Source of the DNA: Promethearchaeota archaeon
GTDB taxonomy: Archaea; Asgardarchaeota; Lokiarchaeia; Sigyniarchaeales; SOKP01
Direction of reading: 5' to 3'
Length of the DNA: 64,000 bases
Assembly (NCBI GenBank): GCA_029838195.1
Contig: JALGVJ010000005.1
Span: forward strand, 100,859-164,858
Made by a program: the position numbers and the translations under genes. Positions 10,216-19,989 of this stretch are shown piece after piece; position 1 is the first letter of the stretch; the number at the start of each line of letters is the position of its first letter. The notes below the pieces were generated by a model. That model did no database searches. It saw only the letters and a program-made list of their open reading frames with translations, and was not told the origin of the DNA.

Positions 10216-12716
10216 TTAGCTCATTGGGAGTTTTTCCAGAAAATCCATGTGAATTTAGTGTTGAATTCATAAGGCGCATGAGAAATCATCCGGATGTAAT
10301 TCAAATTCCTTCTTCTCGTCAAGTATTATCCATTCCAAAATTAATTCTTTCAAGATTTTTTCGGAGAGGGTGCATAACACCTCAAGATTTTATAGATATA
10401 AGCATTGTAACATCTTTTCCTGATAATCAAGAACTCGCTAAAAAAATTGCTTTTGAAATTTTATTTCCAAATTATAACAAGGATGTAATAGGAGCTTTTT
10501 TCCAAAACGAGCAGGAATTGGAAGAGTTTGAAGATTTTATATCTCCTTCCCAAAAAGATGAATTAGATCAATTGCAAACCTTGATTGATGAGATTGAAGC
10601 TTCTAAAGCGGTAAATGTTGATTTAATCGAACAAATGGAAAATTTTCTTAATGAACTGGAAGAAAAAAAGAATTTAGAACCGATTAAATCAGCATTAAAT
10701 TATTTTGAGGGTGATGCGGATTTATTCAAGGAACAAATCACGTCCATAGAGCAATTATTAGAAGAAGCAAGAAGACGATTAGCTCAAAAGATTAATTCTT
10801 TAGAACCGCCTGATTTAAAAGCAGCAAAGGAATTAAATTTGAATGATTTAATTCAAGAGAAATCCTTAAGACAATGGGAAAAATTAACCAGTAAGGCTCT
10901 AAGTAACGAAAATATTGATTCTGATTTAAATGAATTATTAAAATCAGGAAAATTTGACGATTTGATTCAATCTATGAAATTTTTAAAAGAAACAGGCGCT
11001 ATTTCTCGAGAAAAAATACAAGAATTAATGAATAACTTAAAAGATAAAATCAATAATTTAGATCAATTATTTAATGCTTCAAAAAATCTTGGAGAAGTTC
11101 CTGATTTTGATTTAGAGAAGATAATTGAAAACTCTTTGAAAAATTTTGATTTTGAACACAATTTTAATTTAGCAAATGCCTTGGATCAGTTTTTCGGGAC
11201 CAACATGAGGAATCCACTCTTAGATAAATTAAATGAGAACATGAATACTCTGGAGATGAAACCTCTTTCTCTTGAAATGCTTTCAAAAGCCGCTTTAGCA
11301 AATAAATCATGGAAGGAACTTTTTGATAAAGCGCTTCAAAAAGCAGTTGAGAATGCAATACAACAAGACAAGAAATTTGAAGCCTTTAAATCCTTATCAC
11401 ATCAATTACAACAATTAGCAAATTCATGTTCAAACATTCATTGTAGCCAAAAGATCGCTCAAAAAATACCGGAGATGATAAAAAAAACGTTAGAATCTTG
11501 TGAAAATCCAAACCAATTAAAAAATTCTATCGAATTTTTGAGAAATATTGGATTACAACCGAATCCTAAAGATATTGAACAAATCGGTAAAAAGTTAAAC
11601 ATGCCTGAGGAAGAGATCTATGAATTAATCGAACCGAATTATCAATTATTAAAGAAACTCATAGATAAAAATGTTCAAGATTTCAATAGACTGAGCAATC
11701 TCATAAATCAAATTAAAGATCAATTGAATGAGGAGAGAATTAACGACCTTTTAAAAAGTGCTTTAGCATCCAATAATAGAGACGCAATGGCAGCACTGGG
11801 ACATTTTGATTTAGAAAAAGCTTTAAAAGGAGCAAATAAAATCGGAGGAAATGAAGGGATGAATGAAGTTATCGGCTCGCTACAAGCAGGTAGCGGAGAG
11901 AATCTTTTGAAACAATGGTTCATTCACAGACAAAATATCCCTCCTAAAGCAAAAGAAAAGGTAAAAGCTTTAGCAAAAAAGATTTTAATAGATTTAGGGA
12001 TTTATTATTCAAGAGCGAGGTTAGGATCGGCGGTTTCTGGTCCTATTCCCATCAATGTAGTGAGACCTTTAACCATTGGGGATGATTATGATAATATCGA
12101 TTTAGAAGAAACCATCAATAATATATTAGAAAAGGGAAAAAGATTAGAACACATTGATTATGATGATTTTTTCGTTTTTGAGACCGCAAAAGGATTGCGT
12201 AGTGCTTGTTTTGAATTGGATATTTCTGGAAGCATGTCAGGAGAAAAATTGGCGTATATGGGAATTTGTATAACCATGCTGGTATATGGCATGAAAAAAG
12301 ATGATTTGGCCATTACATTTTTTGAGTCAAATACTCACGTATTAAAAGAAATGAAGCAAAAAATTGATTTAGAGGAGTTAGCAGATGAATTATTATCCGT
12401 ATCAGCAAGAGGAGGAACCCGTCTTAAGGCAGCTCTTGATTTTGCAATAAGACAATTTAAAGAAAATGCATTTTCCCGGGAAAAACTAAATGTTCTTTTT
12501 ACGGACGCTGAAATTTATGATATAAAAGAAGTCGCAGAAGATTTAAGGATACTTCGCTCGATGGGAGTTGATTTTATCTTAGTCTGTCCAGAAACACAAT
12601 ATAATTTAAAAGAAGCGGAGAAAATGGTAAAAATAGCGGGAGGACAATTATTAATCATTTCTGATTGGAATAATTTTCCAAATTTGATTGCGGATATTAT
12701 TAAATCAAAATTTTAA
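10212..12716 (+). CDS. large helical protein with C-terminal VWA domain (CoxE/YehP-like)
   Basis: IDLEETI, MIDAS DISGS, GGT, LFTD; 4-nt overlap with the MoxR gene. Confidence 0.85.
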   Translation: MISSLGVFPENPCEFSVEFIRRMRNHPDVIQIPSSRQVLSIPKLILSRFFRRGCITPQDFIDISIVTSFPDNQELAKKIAFEILFPNYNKDVIGAFFQNEQELEEFEDFISPSQKDELDQLQTLIDEIEASKAVNVDLIEQMENFLNELEEKKNLEPIKSALNYFEGDADLFKEQITSIEQLLEEARRRLAQKINSLEPPDLKAAKELNLNDLIQEKSLRQWEKLTSKALSNENIDSDLNELLKSGKFDDLIQSMKFLKETGAISREKIQELMNNLKDKINNLDQLFNASKNLGEVPDFDLEKIIENSLKNFDFEHNFNLANALDQFFGTNMRNPLLDKLNENMNTLEMKPLSLEMLSKAALANKSWKELFDKALQKAVENAIQQDKKFEAFKSLSHQLQQLANSCSNIHCSQKIAQKIPEMIKKTLESCENPNQLKNSIEFLRNIGLQPNPKDIEQIGKKLNMPEEEIYELIEPNYQLLKKLIDKNVQDFNRLSNLINQIKDQLNEERINDLLKSALASNNRDAMAALGHFDLEKALKGANKIGGNEGMNEVIGSLQAGSGENLLKQWFIHRQNIPPKAKEKVKALAKKILIDLGIYYSRARLGSAVSGPIPINVVRPLTIGDDYDNIDLEETINNILEKGKRLEHIDYDDFFVFETAKGLRSACFELDISGSMSGEKLAYMGICITMLVYGMKKDDLAITFFESNTHVLKEMKQKIDLEELADELLSVSARGGTRLKAALDFAIRQFKENAFSREKLNVLFTDAEIYDIKEVAEDLRILRSMGVDFILVCPETQYNLKEAEKMVKIAGGQLLIISDWNNFPNLIADIIKSKF

Positions 12717-12722
12717 ACAAAA

Positions 12723-15074
12723 ATGTCTGAAGAAAAATTAAAAGAACAAATTATAGAAAGATTTGGAACTAATTTATATCAGAAAGTTAAAGATTTTCCA
12801 AAAAATAAGATAAATATTCTTTATTATAAGACATCTCCTTTAAAAATTAGAAGTATCATACTTGATAATGAACGGGAATTTCATCTCATTATAGACGAGA
12901 AAAAGGGAGAAATATTCCATGATTGTCCTTCCTTTTTAATTTATCCCGAAATAAATAAAAAAATCTGTGTTCATTTACTAAAAATACTTTCCATAATAAA
13001 TGAAAATTTGGCTCTTAATGTACTGAAAAATATTGAAAAATACAATCTTACCCATGAGGACTATGGATCTCGGAAAAAGAGTAAGAATTACCTATTATTA
13101 GCGAATAGCTGTATAAGTGAAAATAATTTAATCGAAGGCTTAAGTTTTCTGAATAAGGCGATTATAAATCAAAAAAAATGTCGTAATATTATTAATAGAT
13201 ATTTATTAATTTCAATTAATAATAATCTTTTCCTTGAGTTTTTTAATTTTTTAGAATATGGATTAGAAAATGATTTGGGAGAATTTTTTATCCCTCATGA
13301 AGAAGTCATTAAGAATGGATTTCAAAAATTCTTGAATTCTGTTTCAAGATATTCTTTTTATGATATCCTTCAAATACTTCATTCTATTGATGAAATTTTT
13401 GAATTTGGATATCTTTTTTTGATTGAGGAAAATTTTACCAAGATTAAAAAAATGAATTCAAGTCCAAATTTTAAAGAAAAGTACTTCTCTTTTTACATTA
13501 TTAAAAAAAATATTAACAATATTCGGAATTATTATCTTGATTTTAACGAACAAAAATTTATAGATGATTTAAACACCTTCAAAGAAGATTTAATACGTTA
13601 TTTTTTGAGCCAAATTGAAAATTTTTGCCTAATAGACACGTTAAAATTCATGAAAAATCATTTTAAAATTTTTCAAGTTCCGAAAAATAGATTTCAAGGG
13701 GAATATTCTAAATATAAACGAGAATTAAAAGAATTAGAACGAAAGCTTTATTTGAAAAAATTTGCTTTTTTAAAAGTCTTAATTGAACAACATGCTTTAA
13801 ATAAAACGAATGCTAATTTTCGGAAAAAGCGAAATACCTATGTAATTTCGCATGATCCCGCGAATATAGAAAAACCAGTTTATCATTATATCTTATCTCG
13901 AATTGGTTTTCTTGGAATCAAAGAATTAACCATTAAATCATCTGAAATAGGGTATAATTATTATATTTTTAAAGAATTATTTTCTGATAATTTAACTGCC
14001 TATTCAGACATAATGTATTATAAAAATCAATTTTGGGGTGAAGAAGATAAATATACAATTAATACCTTGGATGGGTACGCATTGCTTTCCAAAATCAACA
14101 GCTATAATTATCAATTAGACCAACAATTTTCAGATATCAATGATATTATTATAATTGAATGGGACTTAGTAAACAAACCCATTCAAGGAAGTATCGTCCA
14201 GGCGTATGGAAATCAAATTATTATTCCTGATATAAATAATCCTTTATTTTTCGATATAAAACCATTTGATTTATGCTATTGTAAAAAGAAACCGGTAAAA
14301 ATCGAAGCTAATATCATAAAATCAGTAAACGTGATTAGTAAATGTTCATTTGAGGACGCTATTAAAAGCATTCAAAAAGGAATGGAGTGTATCGAAGGAT
14401 TTTATCCCCTTTCTCTTGTTAGGAAGGTGATTCAAAAAGAAATAAGCCTTTTTAAGGCTTTTAAATTAGTTATAAGAAATCCTAATAGAAAATTTATTCC
14501 GAACTATGATAAATTTGTTTTAGCTTTTAAAAAATTTTTAATAGAATTCATTGAAGAAGAGAAAGAGTATATCTTCAATGAATTAAAAAACGATTTGGAA
14601 GAGAAAACAGACCAATTATTAATAATTCTGGACCTAAAAAGAGAATTAGAGGGGTTAAACATTGATTTTTCCGAAATTATAAAAAAAATACCAAAAGAAG
14701 ATTTAGATTTAAAATCTTTTAAAATAACGTTTATTAAGGAAGTTCATGCTTTTATCGAGAATCTATTAAAAGAAAGGAAAATAGGCGCTACAAACATTTT
14801 TAAGTTAAGTAAAATGCGAAATACTCCATTTTCGAAGTATTTTAAAGAAATCTTGAAAATCAGAAAGGAAGAATTTGAAAATTCAAAAATTTTACATGAA
14901 AATTCAAATTATGATTTATCGTTAGTAAAAAATACTTATTATGGTCAAAAAATAATGGAATTATTGGGGATAGAGAGAAAAGAAATTATTAATGATAAAA
15001 TATATGATAAATTCGTGAATTTAGCCTCCACATTAAACTTAAAACCACGCGTGGTAGAAAAAAACCATGGTTAA
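12723..15074 (+). CDS. hypothetical protein with N-terminal SWIM-like zinc finger
   Basis: HDCPSF-x-CVH resembles SWIM CxC...CxH with the first Cys replaced by His; starts 6 nt after the VWA gene. Confidence 0.6.
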   Translation: MSEEKLKEQIIERFGTNLYQKVKDFPKNKINILYYKTSPLKIRSIILDNEREFHLIIDEKKGEIFHDCPSFLIYPEINKKICVHLLKILSIINENLALNVLKNIEKYNLTHEDYGSRKKSKNYLLLANSCISENNLIEGLSFLNKAIINQKKCRNIINRYLLISINNNLFLEFFNFLEYGLENDLGEFFIPHEEVIKNGFQKFLNSVSRYSFYDILQILHSIDEIFEFGYLFLIEENFTKIKKMNSSPNFKEKYFSFYIIKKNINNIRNYYLDFNEQKFIDDLNTFKEDLIRYFLSQIENFCLIDTLKFMKNHFKIFQVPKNRFQGEYSKYKRELKELERKLYLKKFAFLKVLIEQHALNKTNANFRKKRNTYVISHDPANIEKPVYHYILSRIGFLGIKELTIKSSEIGYNYYIFKELFSDNLTAYSDIMYYKNQFWGEEDKYTINTLDGYALLSKINSYNYQLDQQFSDINDIIIIEWDLVNKPIQGSIVQAYGNQIIIPDINNPLFFDIKPFDLCYCKKKPVKIEANIIKSVNVISKCSFEDAIKSIQKGMECIEGFYPLSLVRKVIQKEISLFKAFKLVIRNPNRKFIPNYDKFVLAFKKFLIEFIEEEKEYIFNELKNDLEEKTDQLLIILDLKRELEGLNIDFSEIIKKIPKEDLDLKSFKITFIKEVHAFIENLLKERKIGATNIFKLSKMRNTPFSKYFKEILKIRKEEFENSKILHENSNYDLSLVKNTYYGQKIMELLGIERKEIINDKIYDKFVNLASTLNLKPRVVEKNHG

Positions 15075-16237
15075 TTTCCCTTACTTTGTCTTTTTTTTTT
15101 GAAATTTTCAAAAATTTTATCAAAAAAGTTTAAATAAATTTGAATACTTTTTAAATATTCTTCAATTTCAATATACTCTTCTTGAGTGTGTTCTAATTTA
15201 GGATCCCCGGGGCCATAAGTGATAGAAGGGATATTCTTAGCAGGTGCAATTAAATTGATCATTGTGGTCCCTGTCTTTTTAATCATCTTTGGCTTTTTTT
15301 TAATAGTTTTGAATATTGCCCATCTTAATGCTCCTATAATTAATTTATCTCCCTCAAAATCATAACCATTAACTAAACTCAAGATTTTTGCATTAATTTT
15401 AATGGTACTATCAGAATTTTTTTCGTAAATCTGCTTAAGATTATCAACATTATTCAGAATTAGGGTCAAAATATCATCAGCATCAATTCCTGGAGGAAAT
15501 CTAATATCAACAGTTAATAAGCATTTAGCCGGAACAGTATTAGTTAATTCTCCTCCAAATATTTGAGTTATATTGGGAATAATTTGATTGAAATATTTTA
15601 GATTTGAATTAGCATCATATTTTTCATATTTTTGGTTTAGTTCCGTGCAAATCCTCAGAATTATTTTCCAAATTTCAAGACAAATAGTTATTGAGTTATG
15701 AAATAACCATGCACTAGCTACATGGCCGGATTCAGTTATAACTTTAAATTCAATGCATAACCTCCCTTTATAACCCGTACAAAATTGATCAATTTTCGTT
15801 GGTTCTCCAAAAATCGCATAATCTGCATGAATCGGAGAATTCATGAATTCTTTTATTCCTATCAAGCTATCTTCTTCTCTTACAATTCCCACAAACGTGA
15901 AAGTACCAGAATTTTCTTCTTGAAAATCATATTTTGAAATCGAATATACCATGCTGGCAAGAGAAGATTTACAATCCACCGCTCCCCTCCCATAGATTTT
16001 TCTTTCCTTTTCAATGATAGGTAATTCCCCGGGAATAGTATCTAAATGAGAAATAAGCAATATTTTTGGCTTTCCAGAGCCTTTCTCAGCAATTAAATTT
16101 CCGATTTTATCAAATTGTACCTTAAAATTATTCTTTTTTAGAAAATCGGCTATAAAAAGAGAAAAATCTTGCTCTTTCCCCGAGGGGCTGTAAATTTGAA
16201 GGCATTGTTTTAAAAATAAAATAGCATCCTCATTCAT
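15071..16237 (-). CDS. lysK: [LysW]-lysine/ornithine hydrolase (M20 family)
   Basis: YSPSGKE, SHLDTIPG, GRGAVDCK, REE, YGPGDPKLEHT; in an operon with lysZ and lysX. Confidence 0.87.
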   Translation of the reverse strand: MNEDAILFLKQCLQIYSPSGKEQDFSLFIADFLKKNNFKVQFDKIGNLIAEKGSGKPKILLISHLDTIPGELPIIEKERKIYGRGAVDCKSSLASMVYSISKYDFQEENSGTFTFVGIVREEDSLIGIKEFMNSPIHADYAIFGEPTKIDQFCTGYKGRLCIEFKVITESGHVASAWLFHNSITICLEIWKIILRICTELNQKYEKYDANSNLKYFNQIIPNITQIFGGELTNTVPAKCLLTVDIRFPPGIDADDILTLILNNVDNLKQIYEKNSDSTIKINAKILSLVNGYDFEGDKLIIGALRWAIFKTIKKKPKMIKKTGTTMINLIAPAKNIPSITYGPGDPKLEHTQEEYIEIEEYLKSIQIYLNFFDKIFENFKKKRQSKGN

Positions 16238-17069
16238 TAATTATCACGGTTCCTTTTTCTTGTTCTATTGCATCAAATAATGGAGATTCTCTTAAACCCG
16301 AACAAATTATAATTTTTTTTACACCTAAATTTATTGCTTCTAAGATTGCATGCGCTTTTTTTTTCATACCTCCTTTTAACTCATTAATTAAATTTTCCAA
16401 TTGGTTTTTATTAATCTTTGAAATAAGACTCTTTTTATCATCGAAGTTTTTATAAATCCCCTCTACATCTGTAATGCTAATTAATAGATCCGCATTTAAA
16501 GCACTTGCGATATTAGCGGCAGCACGATCCCCATCAATATTCACAATTTCACCTTCTTTACTCTTAGCAATGCTGCCTATAACGGGTAAATAGCCGGTAT
16601 TAAGAAGAAATTCAAGAATTTCTGTATTCACCTCTATTACTTTTCCCGAATATTCTCCTCTCTTAATAATTCTTTTACCATTTACCAGAACCATTATTTT
16701 ATCTTTTCTTTCAGCTAAGATAATACCTCCATCAAGTCCGGTAAGACCCACAGCATTTATCCCTTTTTTTTGTAAGGCTTCGACAATCCGTTTATTATTT
16801 AATCCTGCCAAGCTCATGATTACTGCATCAATAGTCTCTTGATCCGTGTAGCGCGTTCTAAATCCTAAGGGCGTTTCAAAATATTTTGGTTTAAGATTTA
16901 ATTTTACCAAGATTTCATCTATTTGAGGCCCTCCTCCATGGACAATTAATATTTCATAGTTTTTTCCTGGATTCATTTTTATTTTTTCAAGATCATTCAC
17001 GACATTTTGAAAATTTTTTGCTATTAATGCTCCTCCTATTTTTATTACAATTCTCATTTTTAGCGCCAT
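16230..17069 (-). CDS. lysZ: [LysW]-aminoadipate/glutamate kinase
   Basis: VIKIGG, VHGGG, RTRYTD, NIDGDRAA, GGMKKK. Confidence 0.87.
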   Translation of the reverse strand: MALKMRIVIKIGGALIAKNFQNVVNDLEKIKMNPGKNYEILIVHGGGPQIDEILVKLNLKPKYFETPLGFRTRYTDQETIDAVIMSLAGLNNKRIVEALQKKGINAVGLTGLDGGIILAERKDKIMVLVNGKRIIKRGEYSGKVIEVNTEILEFLLNTGYLPVIGSIAKSKEGEIVNIDGDRAAANIASALNADLLISITDVEGIYKNFDDKKSLISKINKNQLENLINELKGGMKKKAHAILEAINLGVKKIIICSGLRESPLFDAIEQEKGTVIINE

Positions 17070-17090
17070 GATAATTTTATTTCCATTAAT

Positions 17091-17963
17091 TTAAACGTGG
17101 TTTTCTATAATATAATCAACGATTTTCGAGGCTATGTTAATGCCAGTAGCCTCTGTAATACCTCTGAATTGGGGGGTTCCATTTATTTCAATAACCTTAT
17201 AATCACCATTTTCTTTCATGATATCGATACCCAGAATTTCCCCGCCTATGACTCTTGCTGATTTTAAGCTTAATTCTTCTAATTCCCTTGTAAGTTCTAT
17301 CGAATTTGCACTCCCTCCGATTGCGAGATTAGCTCTAAAATCTTGGTTTGGATGATATCTTCCCATGCCAGCAACACATTGATCACCAACTACAATGATC
17401 CTCAAATCCGTGGGTGTTTTTGACTCTTGTGTGGGATTTCCAATGAAACGCTGTAAATAATAAATTTTTTGCCAAACATTCCCCATAATTTCTCTGCATT
17501 CTAAATTTGCCATAGCGGAATTATAATCATCCAATTTTGCTATTAATCGTCCCCAGGAACCTATTATTGGCTTAATGACAACAGGAAAATTCAATTCTTC
17601 TTCTATAGCTTTTATCGACGCCTCTTTTGTAAAGGCAATACATGTATTTGGGGTTGGAATATTATTTTCGACTAATTTTAAGGACGTCAATAATTTATTT
17701 CCGGTTAAATTCAAACATTCATGAGAATTTAGTACTCGATACCCTTTTAATTCCAAAATCGCGGAGGCAAACAGACCTCTTATATGACTTAAAGAACGTT
17801 CCAAAAAAAGGTCATAGTTCTCTTCTAAATCTTTTTTCTTAGATAAAGTAAAAAATACATTTTGATTGTTTATTAAATCAGATTTTACATGCCTTTTTTC
17901 AAATTCATTTACAATTTGTTTTATTTCCCACGTGATTCTATTCATTAAAATTGCAATTTTCAA
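17091..17963 (-). CDS. lysX: LysX/ArgX ATP-grasp ligase (RimK family)
   Basis: KPIIGSWGRL, DLRIIVVG, RANLAIGG, EING; TTG start with a GAGGT Shine-Dalgarno-like sequence. Confidence 0.85.
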   Translation of the reverse strand: MKIAILMNRITWEIKQIVNEFEKRHVKSDLINNQNVFFTLSKKKDLEENYDLFLERSLSHIRGLFASAILELKGYRVLNSHECLNLTGNKLLTSLKLVENNIPTPNTCIAFTKEASIKAIEEELNFPVVIKPIIGSWGRLIAKLDDYNSAMANLECREIMGNVWQKIYYLQRFIGNPTQESKTPTDLRIIVVGDQCVAGMGRYHPNQDFRANLAIGGSANSIELTRELEELSLKSARVIGGEILGIDIMKENGDYKVIEINGTPQFRGITEATGINIASKIVDYIIENHV

Positions 17964-18214
17964 CGGAATGACCTCATTAAATAATAAAGATCTTAAAAAA
18001 GAAAACCAATTAAACGTTTGTATCTTAAGTTAAAAGTCATTGTAGCAAGGAGTTTGGATAGTGAGATAAATCTGAGAATCATTAAGGTATCGGAGTTGAT
18101 TGCATAAAAATTCTTTTTTATATGACAGGAAAAAAATCTTGAAAGAAATGTAATGATTTTTTTAATTCATAAATGATTTTTACATTATAAGAAAATAAAT
18201 TATTTAATAAAAAA

Positions 18215-19495
18215 ATGTTTCCCGAAAAACCTCAACATCCATCGAAAGATATCCTCGAATCCGAAAGCACGATTTTAAGAGGAAAAACTATTTGCATGTG
18301 CATTACGGGTTCTGTGGCGGCTATCCAATCACCTATCATAGCGAGAGAATTAATGAGGTTAGGTGCTGAAGTCATTGCAGTAATGTCTAAAGCAGCGTGT
18401 AAATTAATAAATCCTACATTAATGCATTGGGCTACTGGAAATCCTGTCATAACGGAATTGACAGGTGCCGTGGAACATGTTTATTTAGCGGGAGAAAGGC
18501 CTAAAGCTTTTGGCAAGGCAGATTTAATACTCGTGTGTCCAGCAACGGCAAATACGATCTCTAAGATAGCATGCGGGATCGATGATACACCTGTAACAAC
18601 GGTGGTAACAACTGCGTTTGGTTCATCTCTCCCAATAATAGCATGCCCGGCAGCCCATGAATCAATGTATCATCACCCCATTGTAGAAGAAAATATTAAT
18701 AAATTGAGGAGTTTGGGAGTAGAAATATTAGGGCCAAGAATTTCTGAAGGAAAAGCGAAAATGGTTCGAATTAATACGATCATCGATCGCGTGATTGATC
18801 TTTTGATTTCTAAAAAAGATTTAAAGGGGAAAAAGATTCTTGTTACGGCTGGACCCAGTAGAGAGTATATTGACCAAATAAGATTTGTGAGTAATAATTC
18901 CAGTGGACGAATGGGAGTTGAAATTGCTAAAGAAGCGGCTGCTAGGGGAGGAGAAGTATTATTAATAGCGGGAAAGTGTTTAGTCAAGATACCAGAATAT
19001 TTAAATACAATACACGTAATTTCTACAAATGATTTTATTAAAGCCGTAAAGGATGAATTAGGAACAAGAGATTATGATTTCTTTATTTGTGCTGCGGCGA
19101 TTAGTGATTACACTCCAAATACCTGTATCAATGGAAAAATTTCTTCAGATGAGATGCAGGAATTAAAAATAAACATGAGATTAACTCCAAAAATCATAAA
19201 TGAGGCTCGAAGAAAAAACCATAAAGTATTTATAGTGGCATTCAAGGCTGAAACGAATGTTTCTCGAAGTGAATTAATCGAACGGGCCTATAAGCGATTA
19301 AAAGAGTCCGATGCCAATTTGATTGTTGCTAATGATATAGGAAGAGAAGGAATCGGGTTTGAAAGCAAAGAGAATGAAGTTTATATCATAGACCCCAACA
19401 AGCGTGTAACACACGTAAAAAGACATTCTAAACGATACATTGCTTCAAGAATTATCGATATTGCACTAGAAAATTATAGGCTGTTAAATAAATAA
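18215..19495 (+). CDS. coaBC: bifunctional phosphopantothenoylcysteine decarboxylase/synthetase (Dfp)
   Basis: ITGSVAA, CPATANTISKIACGIDD, VTAGPSREYID, NNSSGRMG, AAISDY, FKAE, VANDIG. Confidence 0.95.
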   Translation: MFPEKPQHPSKDILESESTILRGKTICMCITGSVAAIQSPIIARELMRLGAEVIAVMSKAACKLINPTLMHWATGNPVITELTGAVEHVYLAGERPKAFGKADLILVCPATANTISKIACGIDDTPVTTVVTTAFGSSLPIIACPAAHESMYHHPIVEENINKLRSLGVEILGPRISEGKAKMVRINTIIDRVIDLLISKKDLKGKKILVTAGPSREYIDQIRFVSNNSSGRMGVEIAKEAAARGGEVLLIAGKCLVKIPEYLNTIHVISTNDFIKAVKDELGTRDYDFFICAAAISDYTPNTCINGKISSDEMQELKINMRLTPKIINEARRKNHKVFIVAFKAETNVSRSELIERAYKRLKESDANLIVANDIGREGIGFESKENEVYIIDPNKRVTHVKRHSKRYIASRIIDIALENYRLLNK

Positions 19496-19989
19496 TGGAA
19501 AATCACGCGCCTTCTTAAATATAAATTTTTCAAATCTTAAATTAAAATTCGGATAAGCACAAGAATACATGTTAAATTTGAATATCACAGGATTTTGTGA
19601 GTAATAATTCCTAATTATGCAAATTTTGCTTGAATAAAAACGCTGACGAGTCAAGAATGATTTATAATCAAATTATTCCTCATTTATAACTAACTAATTC
19701 TGCGAAATAAAGGAAAATTTTACCATATAAATTTTTTGATTAATATTTAGGCTCTAAATCAAAACGAGTAAAATTTTTTACCGATTAGATATGGTATTAA
19801 TTTAATAATGAAAAAAACATGAAAAATGGAGGAACTCATCACGAATTCCAAGTCATAGTTCGAAATAATTTATTTTTAAACCAAAAGTTTAAATAAGAAT
19901 TCAATCTCTGTAAAATCTGAAAATTTAATGAAATTTTATTGATCTTTAAATAAAGCGTTTTTAATACATGTAAAACAACTAATAGGAGC

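Noticed and set aside
19496-19989. AT-rich ~500-nt gap upstream of top6B as a possible replication origin; TCACA-N6-TGTGA palindrome at 19585-19600
   Set aside because: No repeated ORB-like boxes and no cdc6/orc1 gene nearby; a single short palindrome can arise by chance.
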